Shown: positions 48,060 to 62,129, counted from the stretch's first letter. The stretch: DNA of 64,000 nt from Okamejei kenojei (GCA_035221665.1 CM069135.1:65038001-65102000); one strand, 5' to 3'. The notes: generated from the sequence alone by a model not told the origin. Program-made: numbers and translations.

Positions 48060-48990
48060 GAGCTTAAGACCGTAAGAAGCAGAGGCAGGAGTAGGCCAAT
48101 TGTCCTTTGAGACAGCATCACCATTCAATAAACTCATGGCTGACCCAAGCTTGACCTCAGCAGCAGTTTTGCGCTCTCTTCCTTTACCCCTTAATTACCT
48201 GTTGTTCAAATCTCACACTCTCCATCTTCAATATATTCGATGAATCTGCCACAACTCTCTGGGGTAGAGAATTCCAAACCTGTGGGAAAATACATTTATC
48301 CTCACCTCCTGCTTAAGGTGCTGACTCGTTATTCTGAAACCATGTTCTTTAATTCTACCACACTACTCTAAGTAGAAACACATTAGCATTTCCCCCTGAT
48401 GATTTCGTTAGAATCTCACATGTTTCAATGTTTGGGGCCGAGAATTGACGAGACTGAAACCACATTCACCCCCCAGCTGATGATTACAGTAATGGCAATC
48501 TAAGAGGTTCAGCTACAGTGAAAAATCTATGCAAGTGCAAAAGAGTGCAAGAAGCAGAGGCAGGAGTAAGCCAAACAGTCTTTGAGCCAAATACACCATT
48601 CAATAAACTCATGGGTGACCTCAACCTTGACCTTTCATGTGAGCAGATTTCACCACGGTCCCCCAAGTGGAAACACCTTGGCATTAAACCTTGTCGATTT
48701 CCACAGAATCTCACATGTTTCAATAAGACTACATCCTATTCTCCTAAATTCCAATGTTAATCTTCTCAACCTTTCTTCTTCAAGGTAATCAACTTAGTGA
48801 ATCTTTTCTGTGATGTTTCCAAACCAAACTGTGATGTTTTAAAATTCCTTAAAAATGGAAACATAAAATATGTTTTCACATACTAATCCAGTTGTGATCT
48901 CATCTGCATTCTGTAAAGTTACATCAACATTTTCCTACTTCTTACTCTATATTCCTTGCAATAAAGGCTAACATTTAATCAACTTGCTCT
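48060..48990 (-). mobile_element. Old CR1 3' fragments, locally duplicated
   Basis: AGAAGCAGAGGCAGGAGTA...CACCATTCAATAAACTCATGG at ~48075 and ~48550; AGAATCTCACATGTTTCAAT occurs twice. Confidence 0.6.
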
Positions 48991-49156
48991 CTTAGCATGC
49001 TAGCCTCTTGTGTTCTATTTACTACAACACAAAAATGCAATATTCTGTAGACTGTTCTGTTTAAATATCAATTTGCTTCTTCATCCTCACACTTTCCCAC
49101 AATACACTACATCTGTCAACCTCTTGCCCACTCACACAGCCCATCTATATAGCTTT

Positions 49157-49278
49157 GGTCTGAAGAAGGGTCTCTACCCGAAACATCACCCACTACAGAG
49201 ATGCTGCCTGTCCCGCTGAGTTACTCCAGATTTTTGTGTCTATCTTCGGTTTAAACCAGCATCTGCAGTTCCTTCTTA
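49157..49278 (+). mobile_element. Penelope-like terminal fragment
   Basis: CTGAAGAAGGGTCTCTACCCGAAACATC...GCTGAGTTACTCCAG...CAGCATCTGCAGTTCC. Confidence 0.75.
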
Positions 49279-51964
49279 CATATTTAGCTTTGCAATATAG
49301 ATATCATTAAAGATTGGCTTGCCCTTTACAGTACAGGTCATGGTATTCACGGTGTAATCACATAAGCGTGGACTATAAAAATCACCTTCTCCTTGCACAG
49401 CACGAGTTGCAATAAGTGGAAATGCAAACTGAGAGCTGCACAACCTGTGACCGATAAGCACTAGTTTAGAGCTAGCTGATGGAGGATCAATTTCTCCCCC
49501 ACAGGATTGTAATTCAATCAGCGAATGAGCACCTTTTAAACTGTATGTCCAGTGGAACATAACCGTCTAGTCAATTACACTTTTGCTCATAACAGAATTA
49601 TAGAAGGGATTTTGATTGCATTTTGTACTGTCACACGTAATCTTTTTTCAATAACTTTTACAATGAATCACTAGGCTCCTCCAGAGTCTTATCTTTCTAG
49701 AAGGAAATGACAAATGTTTCATATCTTAATTAATGTCATGTGAGCATTAAATTACATTACTAGGTATAAACTAGCCTTAAAATAACGAGGGGAAAATGTC
49801 ACAAAATAGCATTTTACAATATATTTTGTAAATTATATATTCATTCATTTTACAAAATATTTAAATACAGCTAAGTCTTCGCATTCTGAATGGAATACGG
49901 AGACATGCTAGAGTGATAATTGGTGCCCTTTCCTCTTCAAGCCTATCCAGCTGGATATTGTTCTTTTGTTGTATTAAGAAACTGCTGAGAAAGGTTGCAA
50001 AAAGCACCTAAGAGCTCTGCTTCTTTGTCTTTAATGTATTCTGGGCGTGTAAAGGTGACCCTGCCAATGCATGCACCAAACATTCCCAGGTCAGGGGTAG
50101 TCTTACCATATCGACCACATCAGGCTCGAGAAGAGCAGATCCCGTTGCATTAGTGTGGCATTTTCAAGCTCACATGCAGCATTGGTCCATGTTTTAGTGA
50201 GGTGAATGAGAAATTAAGCACAGGGGGCTGGCATTATACAAACCTATCTCACATGGGATCCTTCCATGACGAACAGAGAGGGATGATTGCTAACCCGGCC
50301 ATCTGTATTGTCTCAGAGTTCAGACAGCAGTGAGAGTTTTATGAAGCCTCTGTGCCTCCCAGTTCCCAACCCATAAATATTAAAGGTAACAGTGTGCTAT
50401 TTTTCAGTTGCACAAATATCAAAAAGGGAAATTTTAAGGTCTGCATAAAACTCAGTGCAAGGACTCTTCCCACAGTTTTGTTTGGTCAGCTGGAGTTTAG
50501 GAAACATACACAGCAGAAAAAATGCAGCAATAATTCTTGAGGGACTTCAGAAAATGATGGTGTTCACCTCACTTGACCAAATTGAGAAACCTCAGTGAGA
50601 ATCATGGACATCAAAATAACTTGCTTTAAAACAGTTCCCTTACCATAACAAAATTGCCACGTCCAGACATAAATGGTCACCGTGCCAAAACAGATATTAG
50701 GATAAAAAAACGTTCAAAAAGGACTTTAACAAGAATCTAAAGGAAGAGAGAGAAGCAGTAAATTGGGCAACAAAATCTAGAGCTGGGGCACCATACCATG
50801 AGTGCAGGGAAAAAGGACTGCACTCAACAGGGGAAGGATGGGAGAGTCAATATACGAGGGACCAGTGAATGAGGGTGATGTTGCAGAGGCAAAATGAGGC
50901 AGGCTCTGCAGTGGAGATTTCAGAGTTCACCTGGGGCAAAATCTGGATGGGGGAAGTTTCTGCCACATCTGTAGGTCCTCTAAGCTGCCGTGATGATCTT
51001 TACTCACCGTTAAAATAAATAATTAAAGAAACCAGACAAACCTCTGGACTAAATAGACAGAAAATGTGTGACTGGTAAGTTAAGATGGAACTCCACTGCC
51101 AGCGACCAGAACTGCAGAGAATCCTTCATGTTACTAAAGATCAGGTTATATTTTCTGAAGTGAGAAGTCATACCATTCGACTCACACAATTCTGTACTTT
51201 CAGGAAATACAGGGGTGTGCTGAATAGGCAGTGGACTGGAAGTAAATCTGGTAGATTAAGGATTTTTTGAGTAGGATTGTACGAGAATTAAATGAACATC
51301 CTAATCCTTAATAACCCAAGTGAGCTGCTCCATTTTCTGTAGTCAGCAGCCTAGCAGAAGCATAAATACCAGCAGATATCCTCCTGTTTGATCAGAATAA
51401 CAACATCCATATTATTTTCTACAAGAATATTGCTTTTCAACTCCATTACCACTCATTTGAAAAATCCTGCACAATATTTTCGATTTGCTGGTTTCCACAT
51501 TTAACTCTTGAACCCATCAATTTCCTGTTTTCCACAGTCCTACTTCTACAAAACTAAATAAACTATCATACTAAACTTTCACAACTAGAAATAATTCAGA
51601 CAAGTTCTGCATCACTTCATCTCTCCAACTCCATTGGGGTTTAAAACATAATTACTCACTGCTTTGAGTTCTGTCGCAACAGCGGATTTGGTTTATTCGT
51701 TTTTCAGGATGTGGGCATTACTGGCAAAGCCAGCATTTATTGTGTATTTCTCACTGTTGTGAAGAGGGTGGTGATGTGATATTTTCTTGAACCATGTCTG
51801 CAGTTAATGCACATGTTATTGTTGTTGCTGCTTCCTTTGCTCTCTTAATGTTCCTTCTACCTTAACTTCTTCCCCATACAGAGCTGTAAATGCGGTGATC
51901 ATCATCATCATCGTGTGGTGATATGGAGGAATGAACATTCATTTATACTGATTAATCTTTAGGA

Positions 51965-52262
51965 TTTAGACTTCAGAGATATAGCGTGGAAGCAGGCTCT
52001 TCAGCTCAATGAGTACACGCCAACCATCAGTCACCCCATGCACTAGCACTAGCACTATCCTACACACTAGGGAAAATTTATGATTTACAGCAGCTAATTA
52101 ACCTACAAACCTGTACGTTATGTGGAATGTGGGTGAAGGTGGAGCACCCAGAGAAAACCCATGTGGCCACGGGGAGAATGTACAAACTCCCTTCAGACAG
52201 GAATTAATCCGGGTCTCTGGCGCTGTCAGGCAGCAACTCTACCGCAGCACCACAGTGCAGCC
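51965..52262 (-). mobile_element. HE1-like V-SINE
   Basis: Reverse complement of the family seen at 14069. Confidence 0.85.
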
Positions 52263-53550
52263 CCATCCATCCTATACTGTGCTTTAGTCGCTGTGTCACA
52301 TCAGAATACACACTGGTCACTCCCTAATTATTCAAGAAAATAACACAGAAATATATTTCCACATGAATCATAAAATTCTTTCTTTAATTCTACCACATGT
52401 ATTGAAATGTCTCCCTGCCTTCCCACATACTGCAAGAAGAGCATATTGGTGCTGTAACTGTGATCCTGTGCACTTAGGCCAAGGAAGAGTTCCAAAAATC
52501 CCAGACCTCACCGGAATGAGCATTCAGGTCAGGACCTTTCTTCAAACTGATAGAATAGGGGAAAAAGCTTGGAAAGGGAGGTGGGGGTGGGACAAAGCCT
52601 GGCAAGTGATAGGTGGATGCAGTTAAGGGAGGTGATTGGCAAATGAGCGTAGTTTCTTGTTAAAGAAACATCTTTAGCAAGAACGGTACGTGGAATGCTT
52701 TCCTACGTGGGTGCGGCCGAGGGGTGCTTTGAAAGATAAGCTTTATAAGTATATGATGGAGAAAGGTATATGCTGATGGGGTGAAATAAGGAAGGAGGTT
52801 CATATAGAGCAGGTTCATTTATGTTGCAGACCTCTTGACTGTAGGTAATGTATTTGTCTTTTTGTTCAAACCCTCAGCCAAAGATGTTTGATGAAATAAC
52901 AGTCAAATACCTTACAATTTAGTAGAGAGGAACAATGTCCGTTTGTTCAAATGAGACTCATATACAATCAATGCTGCCTGACCCGCTGAGTTACTCCAGC
53001 ACTTTGGGTCCTTTCTCAGCAGTTTTGTGTTTACAATGTTCTACACGCGATAGAGGGGATCAAGAAACCTACAGTGGAAATAGGTGCCTTTGAATTCAGA
53101 TTAAAAATAAGCAATATACAGCCTGTTCCAAATACTCCCACCACTGAGAATCAAGAACTTAACCCCTCAGAAGCAATTGGCTTCTTAACAACAATCTATC
53201 AGATTCATAGTCTCCATAAGTGGTGATGGGTTTTCAATTCCAGAATTTATTCCATGAACTGAATGTAATATCCTAGGTATTATGATGGATTTTGAGATTT
53301 TGTTCCTTAATGAACTGTCCAATAACTTGACCACTATGGCTGCCATGTCATTTGTGCTTCCTTTAAAACAGATTGTAACTAGTGTTGGATTTCACACAGC
53401 AGATCATGTGTATCGAAGAGAACTGTGTTGTACTTCTGTGGAATATAATTTGATAAGTAATGGTTTGTGTTGTTTCTATTTGAGAAAATTACAGTCTTGT
53501 TTCCAGAAATTGCTTTCCTTTATCACACTGGCTACAGTGATGTTGCTATT

Positions 53551-53632
53551 CACGGGCCGCGGAACGCGGCCCCTCCACTCTTCCACTTGATCGTTCAGCC
53601 CCCCCACTTACAAAAACGTTCCGTGGCCCCTG
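53551..53632. mobile_element. 82-bp GC-rich mini-element with 16-bp imperfect TIRs
   Basis: CACGGGCCGCGGAACG versus CGTTCCGTGGCCCCTG (2 mismatches); no TSD seen. Confidence 0.45.
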
Positions 53633-54127
53633 ATAATTAATAGGGGTGCAACACAACCACGCCTCTAATTAATTAGGTAAGAGTTATAATGCACCAATGC
53701 AAGTCATTAAAGTTTTCTTGTTGCTTAAATACACAGATGATTGGCTTCCATTTCCACAACTCAAATCATCAAGAGACTTCACTTGCCTCTTTAATAGGGA
53801 TGTGCTTCCAAAGGAAAGCAATAATTCTAAAGCTGGCACAATGGCTCAGCTATGAATCCGAGCACACAGAAAAATAATGATCGGAGCTGGCAGGTCCTTC
53901 ATCGTTCAAATTACATTTAACATTTCACTTCAACTGACCCCAAACCATGTCTACAAATTATAATAGGCATGCTGCAGGTGCCACAAGCACATAGATGCTT
54001 TGGGAGAGTGTTGGATTTTTTTAAAGAAGCATCAAACATAATGAAAATCATATAACCATATAACAATTACAGCACGGAAAACAGGCCCTCCCGACCCTTC
54101 CAGTCCGTGCCGACCATTTGTTTTCCC

Positions 54128-57021
54128 CTAGTCCCATCTACCTGCACCCAGACCATACCCCTCCACGTCCATATACCTATCCACTTTACTTTTAAATGTT
54201 AAAATCGATCCTGCCTCCACCACTTCTGCTGGAAGCTCATTCCACACAGCCACCACCCTCTGAGTAAAGAAGTTCCCACTAACGTTACCCCTAAACTTCT
54301 GTCCCTTAATTCTCATGTCATGCCCTCTTGTTTGAATCTTCCCTACCCTCAATGGGAAAAGCTTATCCACGTCAACTCTGTCTATCCCTTTCATAATTTT
54401 AAACACCTCAATCAAGTCCCCCCTTAACCTTCTGCACTCCAAAGAATAAAGACCTAACTTGTTCAACCTTTCTCTATAACATAGTTGCTGGAACCCTGGC
54501 AACATTCTAGTAAATCTCCTCTGTACTCTCTCTATTTTGTTGACATCCTTCCTACAATTAGGCAACCAGAATTGTACACCATACTCCAGAATTGGTCTTA
54601 CCAATGCCTTGTACAACTTTAACATTACTTCCCTACTCCTATAATCAATGCTCTGATTTATAAAGGCCAGCACACCAAAGGGTTTCTTTACCACCCTATC
54701 TACATGCGATTCCATCTTCAGGGAACTATGCACAGTTATTCCTAGATCCCTCTGTTCCACAGCATTCCTCAATTCCCTTCCATTTACCATGTACGTCCTA
54801 TTTTGATTTGTCCTGCCAAGATGTAGAACTTCACACTTAACAGCATTAAACTCCATCTGCCATCTTTCAGCCCACTTTTCCAAATGGCCCAAATCTCTCT
54901 GTAGACTTTGAAAACCTACTTCATTATCCACAACACCACGTATCTTAGTATCATCTGCATACTTACTTATCGAATTTTCCACCCCATCATCCAGATCATT
55001 GATGTACATGACAAACAACAGTGGATCCAACACAGATCCCTGAGGCACCCCACTGGTCACCGGCTTCCAACCTGGCAAACAGCCATCCACCATTACTCTC
55101 TGACATCTCCCATTCAGCCACTGTTGAATCCATCTTGCTACTCCGCCATTAACACCAAAAGATTGAACCTTCTTAACCAACCTTCCATGGGGAACCTTGT
55201 CAAAGGCCTTACTGAAATCCATATAGACAACATCCACTGCTTTACCCTCATCAATTTCCCTAGTTACCACTTCAAAAAATTCAAGAAGGTTTGTCAAACA
55301 TGACCTTCCAGGCACAAATCCATGTTGACTGTTCCTGATCAGACCCTGTTTATCCAGATGCTTATATATATTATCTCTAAGTATCCTTTCCATTACTTTG
55401 CCCACCACTGATGTCAAACTAATAGGTCTATAATTGCTAGGTTTATTCTTTGAACCTTTTTTAAACAATGGAACAACATGCGCAGTACGCCAATCCTCTG
55501 GCACTATTCCCGTTTCTAATGACATTTGAAATATTTCTGTCATAGCTCCTGCTATTTCTACATTAACTTCCCTCAATGTCCTAGGGAATATCCTGTCAGG
55601 ACCTAGAGACTTATCCACTTTTATATTTTTCAAAAGTGTCAGTACTTCCTCCTCTTTGAATCTCATAGTTTCCATAGCTACTCTACTTTTTTCCCTTACC
55701 TCACAGAGTTCAATATCCTTCTCCTTGGTGAATACCGAAGAAAAGAAATTGTTCAATATCTCCCCCATCTCTTTTGGCTCTGCAGATACCTGTCCATTCT
55801 GGTTCTCTAATGGTCCAATTTTATCCCTCATTATCCTTTTGCTATTAATATAGCTGTAGAAACCCTTTGGATTTACTTTCACCTTTCTTGCCAAAGCAAC
55901 CTCATATCTTCTTTTAGCCTTCCTAATTTCTTCCTTAAGATTCTTTTTACATTCTTTATACTCCTCTAGCACCTCATTTACTCCATGCCTCCTATAATTA
56001 TTGTAGATATCTCTCTTTTTTCGAAACAAGTGTCCAATTTCCCTTGAAAACCATGGCTCTTTCCAATTTTTACTATTTCCTTTCAACCTAACAGGGACAT
56101 AAAGATTCTGTACTCTTACAATTTCCCCTTTAAATGTCCTCCATGTCTCTTCTACATCCTTCCCATGAAACAAAGTGTCCCAATTCACTCCTTTAAAATC
56201 CTTACGCATTCCCTCAAAGTTAGCCTTTCTCCAATCAAAAATCTCCACCCTAGGTCCAGTTCTGACTCTCTCCATAATTATATTGAAACTAATGGTATTG
56301 TGATCACTGGTCCCGAAGTGCTCACCAACGCATACCTCCGTCACCTGACCTGCCTCATTTCCTAACAGGAGGTCCAGCACTGCCCCTTCTCTGGTCGATA
56401 CCTCTATGTACTGCTGCAAAAATTATCCTGCACACATTTTACAAACTCCAAACCATCCAGCCCATTTACAGAATGTGTTTCCCAGTCTATTTTTGGAAAA
56501 TTGAAATCTCCCACAATCACTACCTTGTGCTTACTACTAATATCTGCTATCTCCTTACATATTTGCTCTTCCAATTCTCGCTCCCCATTTGGCGGTCTAT
56601 AATACACCCCCAAAAGTGTTGCTACACCGTTCCCACTTCTCAGTTCCAACCAAATAGCCTCCCTAGACGAGCCCTCTAATGTATCCTGCCAAAGCACTGC
56701 TGTAATATCTTCTCTGACAAGCAATGCAACACCTCCCCCTCTGGTCCCTCCAATTCTATCACACCTGAAGCAACGAAATCCTGGAATATTTAGTTTCCAA
56801 TCACAGCCCTCCTGCAACCATGTTTCACTGATTGCCACAACATCATATTTCCAGGTGTCAATCCAGGCTCTAAGTTCGTCCACCTTACTTACAATGCTCC
56901 TAGCATTAAAATATACACATTTTAGAAACCCACCATCCCTTATTCTCTGTCTATTATCTTTTACATCTTTCTCGCCTACATTTTGGGTCAGAGTGCTTTC
57001 CTTCTCTGCCTCTTGCCCCAC
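54128..57021 (-). pseudogene. CR1 ORF2: APE endonuclease plus reverse transcriptase, one frameshift near 56420
   Basis: YFNARSI, ISETW, GGGVAL, YYRPP, GDFN, LDL, SDHN; QHGF, SGVPQGSVL, YADD. Confidence 0.96.
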
Positions 57022-57068
57022 ACCCTGACCCCTAGCCCCCTCAACCTGAGTCCCTCCCCCCAGCCTTT

Positions 57069-58010
57069 CTAGTTTAAAGTCTCCCCAGTAGCCTTTGCAA
57101 ATCTCCCTGCCAGGATATTGGTCCCCCTCGGGTTCAAGTGCAACCCGTCCTTTGTGTACAGATCATGCCTTCCCCAAAAGAGGTCCCAGTGATCAAGAAA
57201 CTTGAATCCCTGCCCACTGCACCAGTCCCTCAGCCACGCATTTATCCTCCACCTCATTTCATTCCTACTCTCACTGTCACGCAGCACAGGCAGTAATCCT
57301 GAAATCATTACCCTTTTGGTCCTTCTCCTTAACTTTCAAGGAGAAGGACCAAACTCCCTAAATTCTCCCTTCAGGACCTCGTCACTTTTTCTGCCTATGT
57401 CATTGGTACCTATGTGTACCACAACATCAGGCTCCTCTCCCTCCCTTATCAGAATCTTTTGGACACGTTCTGACACATGCGAGACCCTGGCACCAGGGAG
57501 GCAAACTACCATCCGGGTCTCCCAACTGCGTCCACAGAATCGCCTATCCGACCCCCTAATTATAGAGTCCCCTATTACAATTGCCCTCCTCTTTTTGCTA
57601 CCCTTCTGAGCATCAGGGCCGATCTCTGTGCCGGAGGCCCGGCCGCTGTTGCTGCCCCCAGCTAGGCTGTCCCCTCCAATCGTACTCAAACCCGAGTACC
57701 TATTTTCCAGGTGTATGGTCACAGGGGTACTCTCTAGCCCCTGCCTCTGCCCCTTGCCCTTCCTAACTGTGACCCACTTGTTTGCCTCCTGTGGTCTGGG
57801 AGTGACTACCTCCCTGTAGCTCCTCTCTATGACCTCCTCACTCTCCCTGACCAGACGGAGGTCATCGAGCTGCTGCTCCAGGTTCCTAACACAGTCCTTT
57901 AGGAGCCCCATCTCGACACACCTGGCGCAGATGTGGACGTCTGGAGGGCTATCAGATTCCCTGACCTCCCACATCTGACATCCAGAACAGTACACTGCCC
58001 TGGCCTTCAT
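57069..58010 (-). pseudogene. CR1 ORF1: zinc finger/leucine zipper plus SGNH esterase, one frameshift near 57340
   Basis: CSGC..CARC, heptad region, IVIGDSIIRG, LPGA, VHIGTND, DGLHLN. Confidence 0.93.
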
Positions 58011-58081
58011 ACTCCCCCCTTACACAGGATACAATATCAACACAATATAAAATCACTACAAACTGCTGAAATCTGACTGTA

Positions 58082-58334
58082 AATCAGCTGTTTACCCTGG
58101 TCCACTTCCCACCAATCAGCTGCTTACCCTAGTCCACTTCCCACCAATCAGCGGCTTCCTCAAAAAAACCCACTTTTCCAAATGAAATGTTATGGATTTA
58201 GGTAAAAACAAGCCCCGCGCTTGATTTTAAAGCTTACCGGTCGGGTGTCGCTCCTCCCCCTCCTTCTCTTCCAACGGCTCCTGTGGGCCTCAGAAAAAAC
58301 AAGCCCCGCGCTTGATTTTAAAGCTTACCGGTCG
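58082..58334 (-). repeat. Tandem repeats of the CR1 5' UTR (32-bp and ~91-bp periods)
   Basis: AATCAGCTG.TTACCCT.GTCCACTTCCCACC x2.4; AAAAACAAGCCCCGCGCTTGATTTTAAAGCTTACCGGTCG at 58204-58243 and 58295-58334. Confidence 0.85.
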
Positions 58335-58684
58335 ATAATGAAAATCAATTTATTGTCGCACCCAGCAACTGGCTGGATGATAATCAATATTATTTTGTAA
58401 GTTCCCCTTTCAGAAATTAGAAACAAAGTTCATTATAAAATGAAGCCAATTCATTATCAGTTATTAGTTTATCGTGGGAAATGCATAATGCTACAAGACT
58501 AATTATTTTTGCCCATTGATAATAACACCTCAGCAGGTAGTGGTGACAGTCAGTCACCTCACTGGTGTCTTTGTGGTGAAGGTGCATTTGTGGGAGCATA
58601 AATGAGGAATTCCTGGTCTTGCCATCAATAAATGGATAATTACATTTTTAATTTTGGATGCCTTGTAATTGGAGGAAACCTTCA

Positions 58685-59275
58685 GCTACCAGCATGGATT
58701 TATGAAGGGGAAATCATGCTTGACTAATCTTCTGGAATGTTGTAATAAGTAGAATGGATAAGGGAGAGCCAGTGAATGTGGTATATCTGGACTTTCAAAA
58801 AGCCTTTGACAAGATCCCACACAAGAGATTAGTGTGCAAAATTAGAGCACATGATATTGGGGGTAGGGTATTGATATGGATAGAGAACTGGTTGGCAGAC
58901 AGGAAGCAAAGTAGGAATAAACGGGTCCTTTTCTGAATGGCAGGCAGTAACTAATGGGGTGCCACAAGGCTCAATGCTGGGACCCCAGTTATTTACAATA
59001 TATATTAACGATCTAGATAAAAGAATGTAAAATCTACAAGTTTGCGGATGACACGAAACTGGGTGAGAGTGTGAGCAGTGAGAAAGATGCTATGAGACTG
59101 TAGGGTGACTTGGATAGGTTGAGTGAGTGGGCAGATACATGGCAGATGCAGTATAATGTGGATAAATATGAGGTTATCCACTTTGGTGGCAAGAACAAGA
59201 TGGCAGATTACTATCTGAATGGTGTCTGATTAGGAAAAGGGGTGCAAGGAGACCTGGGTGTCTTTGTACATCAAG
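58685..59275 (+). mobile_element. CR1 RT internal fragment
   Basis: QHGF, YLDFQKAFDKIPH, GVPQG and FADD remnants. Confidence 0.9.
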
Positions 59276-59519
59276 CAACCAGCATCCCAAATCGGAAAGC
59301 CTAGTTTTCTGACTCCTATGTTATTTTAGACGATAAAAGGTGAAGATGTATAACATGTCACTTAAGAAGCCTATACAAAATGCTGTAATATATTTCATAG
59401 ATGGCATATGCTGCCGAAACAAGGCACCAGTTAATAGAATTAGTAAGTATGTATGGTACTGAATGCGATGCCAATCGATGGAATGCTTTGCCGAGAATTG
59501 CAATTCTCATTGCCAGGCT

Positions 59520-59843
59520 TTTAGTTTAGTTTAGTTTATTTTAGTTTTAGAGATATAGTGCGGAAACATTCGGCCAACAGAGACCGCACTGACCAGCGAT
59601 CCCCGGACATTAACACTATCCTACACATACTACGGGCAATAAAAAATTTTACCAAGACATTCAACCTACAAACCTGTAGGTCTTTGGGGTGTGGCAGGGA
59701 AACTGGAGTGCTCGGGGAAACCCCACGCAGGTCACAGGGAGAATATACAAGCTCCGTACAGACAAGCACCTGTAGTCAGGATCTAACCCGAGTCTCTGGC
59801 GCTGTAAGGCAGGAACTCTACTGCTGCGTCACCGTGCCGCCCC
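59520..59843 (-). mobile_element. HE1-like V-SINE
   Basis: (TTTAG)n tail, V core, tRNA-like head. Confidence 0.9.
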
Positions 59844-60932
59844 AAGCTTGTGAAATGTTTTGCAATGATATTGCTGCTAGAATATTAATTTATTGAATTT
59901 TTGTTTGCTATATATCATCTATGTATATTTGAGTTTACAGGCCTGTTATACTGCTGTTAATAAGAAATTCAATGTGATGTTGTTGGTAACTATATGGCAA
60001 TTAAATACTCTTGACTTGAATCTTGAAGTATGGCCAGGTAACATACCTTATTATTAGGGAATTCTATTCATCAAAAACTGAAATGAATAGAAATTAATAC
60101 AAAAAATGTCCAATAAGCAAAAGACAAGTAAAATATAAATTACGGGACAGTTTTTCCCCGTAATTTATATTTTACTTTTGTGCACCAATTATGGGCAGCA
60201 GTCAGATATTAGAAACAGCAGGGAAGAATTTCAATTTTCTCCCTCGTCATAAAGCTGCCTGTCATCAACCTTGCCTTATTTTCATTTTCAATGATGTTCG
60301 TGGAAATGAAATTATATCAATTTTCATAACACTAAAGCTTAAAACCTGCAGATGTTAGAAATCAGGACCTGAAAATTGAGGAAAATGCATTCTCAAGAAA
60401 GGTCATCCACATGTAACTTTCATTTTGGTTCGAGATGGCACCTGATCTGCAGAGATTTTCCAGTAATTTCTGTTTTTGTCTCTGTACTTAATATCCGACC
60501 AACTGTACTGTCTTTATGTTCAGCCAGATAGTCCACATATTAAGAACCTCCCTCAGACATAAGGGGAGGAAATCAAGGTAGTGAACAGAAAACACTGTGC
60601 ATTTTCTTTTGTGGCTTGAAATGGCTTAGGATGAAAGTATAATGAAACAAATAAGGGTCACATGCTCAGTTTAACAATAAAAGAATGATGATGGAAATAA
60701 AAGAGGATTTTCCATCTAATGTAAATAACTTCTATTGTATCACAAGGAATTAAAGAAAAATAAATACAACATATCCACATGTCCAGCTTCCTACCAATAT
60801 TCGCAAATGAAAGAGGTATCCCTTTGATTTACCTACACCAATCTGAAACTTCAACTTACTCTTTATTGATGTTCTATCATTATTAAAGCTGTATTGCATT
60901 GCTTTTGGGACTCAGTCTCGCATGCTGCTGCA

Positions 60933-61020
60933 AATAGACAATAGACAATAGACAATAGATAATAGGTGCAGGAGTAGGCCATTCGGCCCTTTGAGCCAGC
61001 ACTGTCATTCAATGTGATCA
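60933..61020 (-). mobile_element. CR1 3' end stub
   Basis: (TAGACAA)n followed by GGTGCAGGAGTAGGCCATTCGGCCC. Confidence 0.85.
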
Positions 61021-62129
61021 ATGTGAAATACAAGAAATAGGGGCATTTCTCCCTGTCCCAATGCATTCAGGCTGGAATCTCTCTTTACACTCTCTTTACA
61101 CTCTCTCCATAGCCAAGAAGCTGTACTATCTGTTCCAAAATCACCAGATTTTAAGCATTTATAGGGGAAAATAGGAAATGCTGGCTATAGAAAGATCTGT
61201 TTGAATGTATGCCCAGAATTAATATAGAAAGGAAACATTTATCGCTTAAAGGACACCAACAGACATTGGAGAGAAGTCAAAGAAAATAATCAACCCAGGT
61301 GATTGGATACAGTGAATATTATTGGCCTTTTCTTGCTCCAGATTTTTTTCATTTGTCGTTATAGTTTCACAGTTCAATATACACCAAAATGCCACAAAAT
61401 TATATTTGCAAAAGGCATTCTTCAACTTTGATCACTGACTAATAAAATATATATATTTTTTGAGTGTCAATGTGCTCAAAAAGAATATAAAATTAGAAGT
61501 AAGATAGAATGACTGGGAATTGAGTGAAAATATACAGGCAACCGTGCACAAACTAACTGCTTTTGGCATGTGTTAAATTTATAAGTTGCTTGAGGACATT
61601 ACTGATATCATTAGAAGGCACTTGAATGTTTTATGAAGAAATTGAGTCAGAAAACTCCTGAGATTTACAACAGATTTTTTTCAATTCTTAAAAAAACCCT
61701 TTAGCCTAGTACACTGTGCAGCATGAAGAAACTCCAGCTGCGTCCCACACACTTGCCAATCACTGTGAGATATAATGCTCACCGTTACTGGTGTATAATT
61801 GAAGTCTGCTTTGTGCACTGTGAAAGCGTGGATTGAAATGGATTCGGTTGATGGCTGCTTCCCTTGCAGAGGAACACAGATGTAAATCTGAGACCATTTA
61901 GCAGGCTCTGGGGAGCCTGAGCTAATTGCCTAGTCATTAGTGAGGAGATGCAATTCAACTTTGGAAGTTGAGTGAATTTTAATGAGGCCTATTTGGACTC
62001 ATTTGCACATTTTCAGAGTTGGATTGAGTTTGAGGTTGATTCCTTTCAAGGTACAAACAGTACAAACAGTTGAAGCTGTTTGCTTTCATTTAAGGTATAT
62101 TGACCGAAGACACCAAATATATTTTAATA

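Larger units (their letters stand above)
54051..58334 (-). mobile_element. Full-length CR1 LINE
   Basis: Perfect 13-bp TSD ATAATGAAAATCA (54038-54050, 58335-58347); 8-bp repeat tail; ORF1 and ORF2; tandem-repeat 5' UTR. Confidence 0.97.

Noticed and set aside
45950-56679. Short antisense and alternate-frame ORFs over CR1 elements
   Set aside because: Shadows of the LINE coding sequence.
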